Source: a virus. From it: a DNA stretch of 64,000 nt. The position numbers and the translations under genes are program-made. Location of the stretch: the IMG/VR virus record IMGVR_UViG_3300008121_000011; one strand, written 5' to 3'. A model generated the notes under the pieces. That model was not told the DNA's origin, did not search any database, and saw only the letters and a program-made list of their open reading frames with translations. Positions 1 through 8,668 of the stretch are shown piece after piece. How positions within the stretch are numbered: position 1 is the stretch's first letter; each line of letters opens with the position of its first letter.

Positions 1-137
1 GCATACGGCGTTTGTGGAATCGCAGATTGAGGGTCGCGATCGTAGATTGAGAGAAGTTAAGATCGCGTGGTTGCGTCGCTGTTATGCGGTAAGCATGGTC
101 GAGCGATTGGACAGAACTTGGTACAAACAAACTATGG

Positions 138-776
138 ATGATAAATACAATGGATAAATATTATCAACTCAGTAATGAAAGGCTAATGGTCATAATTGAG
201 GAGCTGCAAAGCGATCTTGACACCACCAAAAACGATCTGACTGTTGCTGATGCCGCGATTGAAGAATTAAAAGCTGTAACCCTTGATCCTTATATTGCTA
301 ACCAAAAATTAGAATCACAGCTCAAAGAACAAGATCGCACTATTTCCAATCTCAAAGACCAGATCGACGGAAGAGATGCGGCCCTTAGAGATAGTGCCAA
401 AATAATTCAAGGGCTAAATCAAGAAATCGAAAGACTGCAAGAAGCTTCAAAAAGCGTTCAGCCTATAGCCCATAGCAGTGCTGAAAGGATTGACCAACTA
501 CGTGAAGTTATCGATCAGAATAACAAAGCTTTTGCTCAAGAGAATAAACGGCTTTTAGCAGTACTTGAAGAGCGCTACAAGAAAATCGACATCCTACAAG
601 ATAATCTTGATCGAGCCGACAACGATCGCCTAGCTGAACTCACCGCAATTATGCGTATGCTGCAAGCTTGGGAATCAGTACCAATCCAACAAGGTTTAGG
701 CGCTATACACCTAATTAAGCGAGTGATTTACGATGCAATCTGTAAGCTCGATCCTAGCCAAGCTGTTGACCCTTAA
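138..776 (+). CDS. hypothetical coiled-coil protein
   Basis: 212-aa ORF, heptad-like Leu/Glu/Asp-rich sequence; no family recognised. Confidence 0.45.
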   Translation: MINTMDKYYQLSNERLMVIIEELQSDLDTTKNDLTVADAAIEELKAVTLDPYIANQKLESQLKEQDRTISNLKDQIDGRDAALRDSAKIIQGLNQEIERLQEASKSVQPIAHSSAERIDQLREVIDQNNKAFAQENKRLLAVLEERYKKIDILQDNLDRADNDRLAELTAIMRMLQAWESVPIQQGLGAIHLIKRVIYDAICKLDPSQAVDP

Positions 777-1515
777 TCACTTTCTCTAAATCCTTTATGT
801 CAACCCGCAACTGAGCAATCGTACCTGTGTACTGTTCGATGATGCGGGTTTCTGCTAGCTGAATAATTTTTTCGATTCGCTCGTACCCCCCATGCTTAAT
901 CTGATTGCTTTCCTCAATCCTGCGATTAATACTATTTAAGGCAATTCTCAATTCTGATGCATAAATTTCTAATATAGAAGCTGTCTCTGTGGGAATGCTA
1001 GCGATCGCTTGCTCCAACGCTTGAATTGCCTCGGTGTTGTGCCTAGTGGCATTAATCAAATCCTCATGCGCTTTATTTACCGACTCGTTAGCCTTAGCCA
1101 ATGACTGCAAAGACTGGGAATTAGTCGCCGACGTGTTTATAGCATTTTCAGCTAATCTCAGTAAATAATTAGTTGTGTCAGCAGAATGATTTACCCCTGC
1201 TTTTGCAATTTCTGCAAGAGTGGTCGCCTGATCTATGCGGCTCTCCTCTATCTGCTTCTCAATATTAATATCAGAAAGCTTTTCGGCAACCTCGGCGTTA
1301 GTCTCCGCTTGCTTCTGATTAATCTTTGCAGTAATAGTTCTCGAAACCACGTCACTATTGCCAGCCCTAAGCAAAAACGCCCCTAACCCCGCAATACCAG
1401 TAGTTAGTAATCCAGCAATATAAATAAACAAAGGATCTATTCCTTGTGACGGTAAGCCATTAGGCTGGGGCTGCGATTGTGGCTGCGATGTAGCCACTGC
1501 GATATAAGATTTCAT
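754..1515 (-). CDS. membrane-anchored helical protein, last gene of tail/fibre block
   Basis: 253-aa ORF; hydrophobic helix IDPLFIYIAGLLTTGIAGLGAFLL near N-terminus followed by long helical region. Confidence 0.45.
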   Translation of the reverse strand: MKSYIAVATSQPQSQPQPNGLPSQGIDPLFIYIAGLLTTGIAGLGAFLLRAGNSDVVSRTITAKINQKQAETNAEVAEKLSDINIEKQIEESRIDQATTLAEIAKAGVNHSADTTNYLLRLAENAINTSATNSQSLQSLAKANESVNKAHEDLINATRHNTEAIQALEQAIASIPTETASILEIYASELRIALNSINRRIEESNQIKHGGYERIEKIIQLAETRIIEQYTGTIAQLRVDIKDLEKVIKGQQLG

Positions 1516-1572
1516 TATAAAAGCCGCGGGAAAGTATTAGAATGATTATGACACTTTTTCAAGGAAAATCAA

Positions 1573-1728
1573 ATGAATACCACGCAATGGCTAACTGTTT
1601 TGGGTGTTGTCGCTGGAGCATCCGAGCTAGCGATCTCGAAAAATATTTATCCTGAATATGCGTCTGTCGCTTTTGGACTAAGCGTTATGGGGATGGGTAT
1701 TTTGGGTAAAGGAGTTGAGAAAAAATAG
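1573..1728 (+). CDS. small membrane protein (51 aa, below ORF-track cutoff)
   Basis: ATG 1573 to TAG 1726-1728; MNTTQWLTVLGVVAGASELAIS...GLSVMGMGILGKG has two hydrophobic segments. Confidence 0.3.
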   Translation: MNTTQWLTVLGVVAGASELAISKNIYPEYASVAFGLSVMGMGILGKGVEKK

Positions 1729-1832
1729 GCGCAAAAAAGTCTGTGCTCCTCAACTTGGGTTTGCGCGATCGCCATGCGCGATCGCGCTTTGCGTGAAAGA
1801 TCGAGATAGGCGATCGCGAACGTTGTTGATGC

Positions 1833-2750
1833 TCATAGTGTATACCAGTCAGAATTACCAGATTTACGATATCGCAAATACCATTTGAACTGACTGCCAA
1901 AATAATCAATATTGCTAAATACTTGCGTACCGCTTATTGACGGCGGGGTAAGAGTAGGCGTATCAATAGCAAAATTATAAGTATCTGAAATATCGAGCGT
2001 ATAACTAACACCGTTATCAATTGAAACATAGGTTTCAATATCAATATCTATGTCAAATTGCTTGGTATAAGGATTGCCAAATAATGGTAAATCGTCTACT
2101 CTTCTAACGAAAAAACTATTACTATTAGAAAGATTTATTGTGCCTGTATCTGAATTAGTGTTCTCAAACCCAAACAATCCTAAAATCGAAGAATCTATAT
2201 CAAAATCTAAATAGCCATATAAATACTCATATTCAGTAGGCGCGGGAAATATAGGAGGAGGTGGAAATAATTGTTTTGTATCCGAAAAACTAGCGGAGCT
2301 ATTAGGCTTGTCGATTAATCCATTTGAATCATGAACTATCTCAAACAAAAGATCTGAAACACTACCGCCATCACTAAAGCCGTAAAACGCAAAACTCACA
2401 CCTTGTAATCCAATAGAAATGACAAAAGGTGTTTGATCAATAATCGCTGGGATAGATAGTATTGGATTAGGTCGATTCCTAGCGTCAACTCTTTGCAGTC
2501 CGCCTTGCTTATTTTTTCGCAAATATACTCGCCCACCAATTGGTAAAGGCGCGTTGCAAATCAGTTTAAATCCGCTATTTATTTCGCCATTTATTGCTAC
2601 TCGATCCGTGCCATCAATAGGATCAATTCCCTGATAAGTTGCAAATAGATTTAGTAGCCCGTCACGCTTTTCTTTTGCGTATTGATTACGCAATCGGTCG
2701 ATTTGTGATTGACTAGCATTGCCAGCTACTGCATCAAAAAAATCTGTCAT
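1833..2750 (-). CDS. tail fibre / receptor-binding-like protein
   Basis: 305-aa ORF in tail-tip block; N-terminus FFDAVAGNASQSQIDRL is paralogous to the N-terminus of 2747..3022. Confidence 0.45.
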   Translation of the reverse strand: MTDFFDAVAGNASQSQIDRLRNQYAKEKRDGLLNLFATYQGIDPIDGTDRVAINGEINSGFKLICNAPLPIGGRVYLRKNKQGGLQRVDARNRPNPILSIPAIIDQTPFVISIGLQGVSFAFYGFSDGGSVSDLLFEIVHDSNGLIDKPNSSASFSDTKQLFPPPPIFPAPTEYEYLYGYLDFDIDSSILGLFGFENTNSDTGTINLSNSNSFFVRRVDDLPLFGNPYTKQFDIDIDIETYVSIDNGVSYTLDISDTYNFAIDTPTLTPPSISGTQVFSNIDYFGSQFKWYLRYRKSGNSDWYTL

Positions 2751-3022
2751 TGTGGCGCTCTAAAGTCTGCAAAAGTTGTGTAACTATTTTTAGTAGTAGA
2801 CAAAGAAACTTGCGACGGCGGCGCTCCAAAATTACCAAGATTGGCGGCTTGTATGCCGCCGTCAGCAGTCGTTGCGATAAATTCACCTGTACTAGAATTA
2901 AACCCTGTTACCGAGCCAATCTGTATTGGTTGTGGTAAAGACGCTTTTTCGGATACAGATTTTAATCGATTGATTTGCGCTTGGGAGGCGCTTGCGATGA
3001 CAGAAGTAAAAAAATTAGACAT
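2747..3022 (-). CDS. small tail-associated protein sharing N-terminal module with 1833..2750
   Basis: 91-aa ORF; FFTSVIASASQAQINRL; 4-nt overlap with downstream gene, 8-nt overlap with upstream gene. Confidence 0.4.
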   Translation of the reverse strand: MSNFFTSVIASASQAQINRLKSVSEKASLPQPIQIGSVTGFNSSTGEFIATTADGGIQAANLGNFGAPPSQVSLSTTKNSYTTFADFRAPQ

Positions 3023-3842
3023 TTCCTAAACTCACTTTAAAATTACCAGATGGAATAATTAGTTCTTGACCAACAGCAATATTTTGAGTTGATACTGAAC
3101 TAAAAACAATTAGATTAGTGGAATCAAACAAAGCGACAGAATTAAAGCCAGTAGCAGCGGCGATCGCATTGCCATAATTTATATTATTTATAACCTGAAT
3201 TTGGCGAGTATTACCTACAGTGCTAATTGCAGACCATCCACTGCTAGGGATTGAGAATCTCCCGCCTGTAGCAACTGTAGCTGTAATTTCAGTAATAGTG
3301 CCATTGGTGGCAATCGCTGTTGCAAGCGCTAATTGATTGGATGTTGGCGCTGTACCTGCGCTTGATCCTTTTAACCAATTTAGTTGCAAGTCTCTGGCGT
3401 AAATACTCCAGAATAGAATATCCAAATCAATGACTATATTGCCAGACGCTCTCGAAACACTATCGCCACTACCAAAACTTAGAAGCTCTGTTACTCCTAA
3501 TGCGTTACGGAATGGGAACCCGCCTAAAAAATTACCACTGGTAGAAGCGTCCCAAAAACCAAAGAAAGGCAGATTGGAGCCAGCCGCGATCGATGTCCCA
3601 AAATTCAAAGATGCTGTGCTAACAATCCTTCGATTATTCCCTACAGTAGCAGGAGTGCTAAAGTTACTGGAAGTGTACGAAGCTCGACTGCTAAAGTAAG
3701 TACCTGTTACCTCATTTGCGCCTGTAAGAGCGGGATCGGCGCTGTGAATACTTGCGTATAAAGTAGTAGGGGCTGCGCCAGCGCTAGTACCCTTAAAATG
3801 ATGATTAAGGAATTTATCAATAAAATAGCTAGAAAGTCCCAT
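3015..3842 (-). CDS. tail fibre-like structural protein
   Basis: 275-aa Gly/Ser/Thr/Ala/Asn-rich ORF with two similar halves; tail-tip context. Confidence 0.45.
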   Translation of the reverse strand: MGLSSYFIDKFLNHHFKGTSAGAAPTTLYASIHSADPALTGANEVTGTYFSSRASYTSSNFSTPATVGNNRRIVSTASLNFGTSIAAGSNLPFFGFWDASTSGNFLGGFPFRNALGVTELLSFGSGDSVSRASGNIVIDLDILFWSIYARDLQLNWLKGSSAGTAPTSNQLALATAIATNGTITEITATVATGGRFSIPSSGWSAISTVGNTRQIQVINNINYGNAIAAATGFNSVALFDSTNLIVFSSVSTQNIAVGQELIIPSGNFKVSLGNV

Positions 3843-3852
3843 ATTTTTTTGC

Positions 3853-5739
3853 CTATAAAGTAGCTAATCCGATCATTGTATTTGGCTTAATTGGATTGTA
3901 ATTAATATACAAATCTGCTAAGCCGATCATTGAAGAAGTGGCGATCGGGTTGAAATTTATACGTAAATCTGCAAGCCCGATCATATTAAAATTGCCTAAC
4001 GTAATCGCAACGGGGCGCGATATTACCGTAGGGGTGCTAGCGGGGGCTGTACCCACTTCAATCCCGTTAAAAACTAGCCATGCTTCCGTCCCGTTTAAAC
4101 CCCATTTAATGCAATCTAATTTTAAGTAATAAATTAAATCTGCGTCTGTCACCGCTACATCCGCAAAAGGCTTAAAAGCACTACTTAAAGCTGTGTCAGT
4201 AATCGCGCCGCCAAATTGCTGACCATAAGCACGCCCTGATAATATGCGATTAAATCGAGAGCCATAATCAACTAATTGAGACTGATCAACTGTGTAGGGT
4301 ACATCTATTGTTCTTTGCCTTGGTCGGTACGGATCGGCGGCTAATTGCTGTGCAAATATTTCTGCTTTTAGCTGTACTTCTTCTGTAGTGTTTGTGCTTG
4401 CATCACCAAAATTTGTAGGTGGACCAGATGTATCTTTATCGTCGCTAAAGTTTGCCGCTGTAAATAGCACAGTAGGATTTTGATCGCCTAATGCCGTCCC
4501 TTTAAAAAGTACTCCTGCTGGTTCATGTCGAGTATAAGTTTTAATCCATTTTTGCGATCCTGTGTTTACCCATTTATAATCTTCTCTTTTAGCCGTAATT
4601 AGTACTGAAGGATTTTGATCGCCAAAAGTAGTTCCTTTTATAATTACCCCTGCTGGTTGAAAAGATGTTACAGTTTGAGCCGTAACAATTCCATTGACAA
4701 GAGTATAAGTATTTATGGATTTGTCAGATATAAATAGCACAGTAGGATTTTGATCGCCTAATGCCGTCCCTTTAAAAAGTACTCCTGCTGGTTCGCGTGT
4801 TTCTATGGTTTTTTCAAAAAATGTTGAACTTATCTCTGATGTGGTTATCACCCTTTTAGCCGTAAATAACGCGGTAGGATTTTGAGTCCCCAAGGTCGTC
4901 CCTTTAAAAAGTACCCCTGCTGGCTGTGTGTCAATTACATCGCTAGGTGCGGTGTCTACAGGTATTATTTCTTTTACCGTACCTGTAACTATTAATTTTT
5001 CAATTGGTTGTTCTGCGATATCACCGATCGCGTCCCATGATTTTTCGTCAGAGCCAATTATATAAGAAGCGATAGCACTGCCAGAATAGATAGTGCTGAT
5101 AGGCTCTGCGATTACCGTACCAGCGCTATTGCATCGCAAATAATAGCCGCCACTATCAGCGATCGCCCCTGCAAATCCAATAAAATTACCAGTTTGCTTT
5201 GGCAGCGGATAGGCGATCGGATAGGGGATGGAGTCAATCGAATTAGCAACGTCGATATAGTTAAGGATATTTGTGATTACGGTATTTCTTGCTAATGGTG
5301 TACCCGCCGTAATACCAGATATATCTTGATTTGGTTCGGGCGGAAAATTCTCTAAAGCTAATCGACAGCCAATTTCCAAAGATAATTCTAATATGCCATC
5401 CATATTCCTTTTTGGTTTTTGAGGCATTTTTAGCAAATGCAAAGCTTGCCCACTACAAGGCAGATAAGTAAGCGTTCCTGATGTATTTGCAGTTCGGATC
5501 GTGACTAGTTGACCCCGTTTCCATTGACTAGGGTTAAGTCTAGGATTAGGTGAACTTGGCACGGTTGAATCGTAGCGAGAAATTTTAAGATTAATGGAGC
5601 CTGTGACTGGCATTAATCCAGTCCCAACCTCATATTCTGGATAGCCCAAAATTATTCCAGAATCAAAGCTAATCCAGTTAGTCCAATTTTGCGATCCTAT
5701 AATTAATTCGCATCTGCGAGATGAGAGATTAAGCGTCAT
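3853..5739 (-). CDS. large tail-tip/baseplate-like protein with internal repeats
   Basis: 628 aa. Four copies of (E/Q)PAGV(L/I)(F/I)KGT.(L/F)G.QNP.(V/A)L(F/I). C-terminal triple MIGLA(D/T)L, the first two followed by xINxNPI. Confidence 0.55.
   Translation of the reverse strand: MTLNLSSRRCELIIGSQNWTNWISFDSGIILGYPEYEVGTGLMPVTGSINLKISRYDSTVPSSPNPRLNPSQWKRGQLVTIRTANTSGTLTYLPCSGQALHLLKMPQKPKRNMDGILELSLEIGCRLALENFPPEPNQDISGITAGTPLARNTVITNILNYIDVANSIDSIPYPIAYPLPKQTGNFIGFAGAIADSGGYYLRCNSAGTVIAEPISTIYSGSAIASYIIGSDEKSWDAIGDIAEQPIEKLIVTGTVKEIIPVDTAPSDVIDTQPAGVLFKGTTLGTQNPTALFTAKRVITTSEISSTFFEKTIETREPAGVLFKGTALGDQNPTVLFISDKSINTYTLVNGIVTAQTVTSFQPAGVIIKGTTFGDQNPSVLITAKREDYKWVNTGSQKWIKTYTRHEPAGVLFKGTALGDQNPTVLFTAANFSDDKDTSGPPTNFGDASTNTTEEVQLKAEIFAQQLAADPYRPRQRTIDVPYTVDQSQLVDYGSRFNRILSGRAYGQQFGGAITDTALSSAFKPFADVAVTDADLIYYLKLDCIKWGLNGTEAWLVFNGIEVGTAPASTPTVISRPVAITLGNFNMIGLADLRINFNPIATSSMIGLADLYINYNPIKPNTMIGLATL
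4461..4794. repeat. 64-bp perfect direct repeat (4461-4524 and 4731-4794) inside 3853..5739
   Basis: Both copies read taaatagcacagtaggattttgatcgcctaatgccgtccctttaaaaagtactcctgctggttc. Confidence 0.9.
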
Positions 5740-5815
5740 ACAGCTAACCCTCCATCAAATAAAGTTAGCCGCCCTTTTGGTGCTGCTTTTGGTTTTTTAG
5801 TTTTTACAGGTGCGA

Positions 5816-6550
5816 TCATATCTTCACCCCTGTCTCTTGCAACTCAAACACTGCCATTACATTACCAACCCCCGTGTCAGGGCTAAACGTTGGCTCAATA
5901 GGCATTTTTACCTGTAACTTAGGGTAATAATTTACCCCGCCGTTTCGCTGGAAGGGAATGCCAACAGATGATCGCGTTTTACTTGACGATGTTTTCCCCT
6001 CTTCAAAATACAGTGTGATTTCGTCAGTCAACACTAAGTATGGCGAACCTGTTAGAGTCTGAGCTTCACGCCGTATATTATTAGCTGTAGACCACATTGC
6101 GCTTAACTTTAGTGAATCAGCGATACTAACTTTTGCCTGAATATTATATTGCTGCGGATCTTCAAAACTAATGCCCGTATCGATGAAATTTCCGTTTACG
6201 CTAAAAGTCCCATTTCCTGATAACCGAGAACTTTGGCGGGGCGGGGGAGAATCAGAGCTAAAATTCCTAAACACAACACTCAAATAAACGCGGATCGAGT
6301 GCGTACCACTGCCACCGCTAAGACTTATAGCTGATCCCCCCTGCGTAGCTGATACGGTAATCGTTGCGCCTACACTGACCACATAATAGCTAGTATTAAG
6401 TGCTACTCCCGTTGGCAATGTGCCTGTGGTGGTAAAGCGCACGATATCGTCAACCGCAAATACTTGCGTCAATGGTGTTATGGCGCTACCACTAAAAGTA
6501 AAAGTATAGCTACGCCCAAAATATACGAGTGTTAAGTCGCCAACAGCCAT
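5816..6550 (-). CDS. tail structural protein (distal-tail position)
   Basis: 244-aa beta-rich ORF, the first structural gene after the island that follows the tape measure. Confidence 0.4.
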   Translation of the reverse strand: MAVGDLTLVYFGRSYTFTFSGSAITPLTQVFAVDDIVRFTTTGTLPTGVALNTSYYVVSVGATITVSATQGGSAISLSGGSGTHSIRVYLSVVFRNFSSDSPPPRQSSRLSGNGTFSVNGNFIDTGISFEDPQQYNIQAKVSIADSLKLSAMWSTANNIRREAQTLTGSPYLVLTDEITLYFEEGKTSSSKTRSSVGIPFQRNGGVNYYPKLQVKMPIEPTFSPDTGVGNVMAVFELQETGVKI

Positions 6551-6740
6551 GAGAGAGTCAGGGAATTTTGATTAATTATCGCACATCAATCTATGCTACA
6601 TTTTGATCGCGTTAAATTTCGATTGACCTAGATTCTAAGGAGAACCGAAAAGCCGATTAGTTTGATTTGTGGATTTGTAATGATTTTTTGAGAATTTGAG
6701 GCGATCGCGAGGTCGTCTTTTTTGTTGGATTTCTGATATT

Positions 6741-6758
6741 AAAAAGTGATAAAATATT
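6741..6758 (+). promoter_or_regulatory. shared extended -10-like motif aaaaagtgataaaatatt upstream of antirepressor gene
   Basis: Identical 18-mer also at 27303-27320 upstream of the second antirepressor-like gene; contains TGATAAAAT. Confidence 0.4.
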
Positions 6759-6817
6759 GGTGGCTTCGCGATGTTGACAGCATCCAAGCCCGTATAACCT
6801 ACACAACAGGACTACAC

Positions 6818-7672
6818 ATGTCTAATCTTATCAAGAATTGGAATGATCGCGCTATCCGTATTCGCAGCGATCGCTATGTTTCGTTAACCGATATGGCTCA
6901 AGCAAGCGGTAAGCAGTTTTCAGGTTGGAACCGTCTTGAGTCTACTAAAAATTATTTAAGGACGCTTTCGAGCGTTATGCAGATCAGCGCAACGGACTTA
7001 CTGCAAGTAATCCAAGGCGGTGATTCGCAAAACCAAGGCACATGGGGACACCCTAAAGTAGCGATCCGATTCGCTCAATGGTGCAGTGATGAGTTTGCGG
7101 TACAAGTAGACATTTGGACTGATGAACTCATGACGACTGGTAAAGTCGAGTTAGTTCCATCGCAACCCGCACTACCTCAAAACTATATTGAAGCTCTAGA
7201 AGCACATCTACAATCCGAGAAAGATAAAAAGATACTTGCAGAAGCTAACCAGAAATTGATCGCCGCCAATCAATCCCTAGAAATTGAAGTCCAGACTTTA
7301 GAGCCAAAAGCTGATCGCTATGATTTGATTTTGGCTACCGATGGATGGATGACGGGTGAAGAAATCTGCAAGCAATTGGCAATTCCCAAATTCTCTAATC
7401 GCAAGCTCTATGATATTTTGCGTCAAGAGAAAGTTCTATTTAAACGCCCTGATGGGACTAACTGCCCATACGCTGAATGGGTAAATGAGGGGCTTGCTAA
7501 GCTTCGTGATGGTCAATGCTTTGATGGTCGTATGAGATTTAGCCCTGCTTTCTCTTGGAAAGGATTGGATCGCATTCTTGACCTATTGCGTAAAAATCAA
7601 GTTATTCCCAAGGATAAGCAGTATCGATTTAACTTTGATTCTGACAAAATCGTAGCGATGAAGAGGGCTTAA
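6818..7672 (+). CDS. KilA-N domain / phage antirepressor (KilAC-type C-terminus)
   Basis: DRYVSLTDMAQ...WGHPKVAIRFAQWCSDEFAVQV is KilA-N-like. Central coiled coil, then a C-terminal antirepressor-like region. ATG 6818 preferred over the GTG at 6746. Confidence 0.7.
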   Translation: MSNLIKNWNDRAIRIRSDRYVSLTDMAQASGKQFSGWNRLESTKNYLRTLSSVMQISATDLLQVIQGGDSQNQGTWGHPKVAIRFAQWCSDEFAVQVDIWTDELMTTGKVELVPSQPALPQNYIEALEAHLQSEKDKKILAEANQKLIAANQSLEIEVQTLEPKADRYDLILATDGWMTGEEICKQLAIPKFSNRKLYDILRQEKVLFKRPDGTNCPYAEWVNEGLAKLRDGQCFDGRMRFSPAFSWKGLDRILDLLRKNQVIPKDKQYRFNFDSDKIVAMKRA

Positions 7673-7674
7673 TC

Positions 7675-8310
7675 ATGTTTGATAAAATTTATACAACTGA
7701 TGAACTTGTCAAAATCCTTAGAGAAGAGCAAATGGCTTGCGTCAATGGTGAGCGAACTTTCCCTATGCCTGACAATGCCGATGAAATCGCAAAGCAAACA
7801 CCACTAGGCTCTATTTTGGGAGCGCAAGGGCTGTTTGAGGTTGGTTGTTATCATGAGTTTCGGGATCAAGTTCAGGAATATCAACTCACAAATAATATTT
7901 CTGGGCTTGAAGTTGATGTTTGTACTATTGGTGACAAGCTCTATAGGTTCCCCCGTCCTATCCATCAGCTAGAGTTAACCAAAGATGATTACCAAGTCTT
8001 GAAGTTAGCCAAAGATGCTGTAGTAGAGGCTTTCCTTAACAGTGTTGATAAGTTCACCTATTTGAGCTTTAGCCATGAAGACAAATCTCATGCTCAATTT
8101 GATATCGAAACTACAAGCCAATATATTAGACACTTTTCTGAGTTTTGCGACTGGGCAGAAATTACAGGCGCTAAAGAATTTGGAATAACTCTTGTTCTTG
8201 GCTATGGCGATTATCACGAATCTGCATATATTGCTGAGCATTCAGAAGCTGCAAAATATTCTGATTCTATGTATTTCTGTGCTGCTAAAGCTTGCAATAT
8301 TAATGGGTAA
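7675..8310 (+). CDS. hypothetical protein in accessory island
   Basis: 211-aa ORF starting 2 nt after the antirepressor stop; no motif recognised. Confidence 0.45.
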   Translation: MFDKIYTTDELVKILREEQMACVNGERTFPMPDNADEIAKQTPLGSILGAQGLFEVGCYHEFRDQVQEYQLTNNISGLEVDVCTIGDKLYRFPRPIHQLELTKDDYQVLKLAKDAVVEAFLNSVDKFTYLSFSHEDKSHAQFDIETTSQYIRHFSEFCDWAEITGAKEFGITLVLGYGDYHESAYIAEHSEAAKYSDSMYFCAAKACNING

Positions 8311-8366
8311 ACCAATGTCTATCAAAATCAAATTCTCTTTGTTGCCTGAGTTGAGGAAAGCATATG

Positions 8367-8668
8367 CTTCCAATCAGCCGATCACTTAACCAGAAGTTTC
8401 ACCACTATCGCCTCTCTTCCAATCAGCCGATCGCTTAACCAAAAGTTTCACCATTCTGAGTTTCCAAAAATTGCAAATAACCTTGCCTTCCAATCAATTG
8501 ATCGTCTAACCACTAGTTTCACCATGAACTAGAGCGCCGCTTTACTGCCTGTATCGGTACTTCCAATCAGCCGATCGCTTAACCAAAAGTTTCACTGGAC
8601 AAAATGACAATTTTATATGTCAGCTACCTTCCTTCCAATCAGCCGATCGCTTAACCAGAAGTTTCACC
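8367..8668 (-). CRISPR. mini-CRISPR-like array: five 37-nt repeats with spacers of 12, 34, 36 and 35 nt
   Basis: Plus-strand repeats CTTCCAATCAGCCGATCGCTTAACCA(A/G)AAGTTTCACC at 8367, 8416, 8487 (degenerate), 8560 and 8632. Spacers are unique. The repeat at 8632-8668 overlaps the nuclease stop codon. Confidence 0.65.

Noticed and set aside
8192-8389. 65-aa plus-strand ORF running into the array
   Set aside because: It overlaps the end of 7675..8310 and the first repeat. The translation is low-complexity with no start context.
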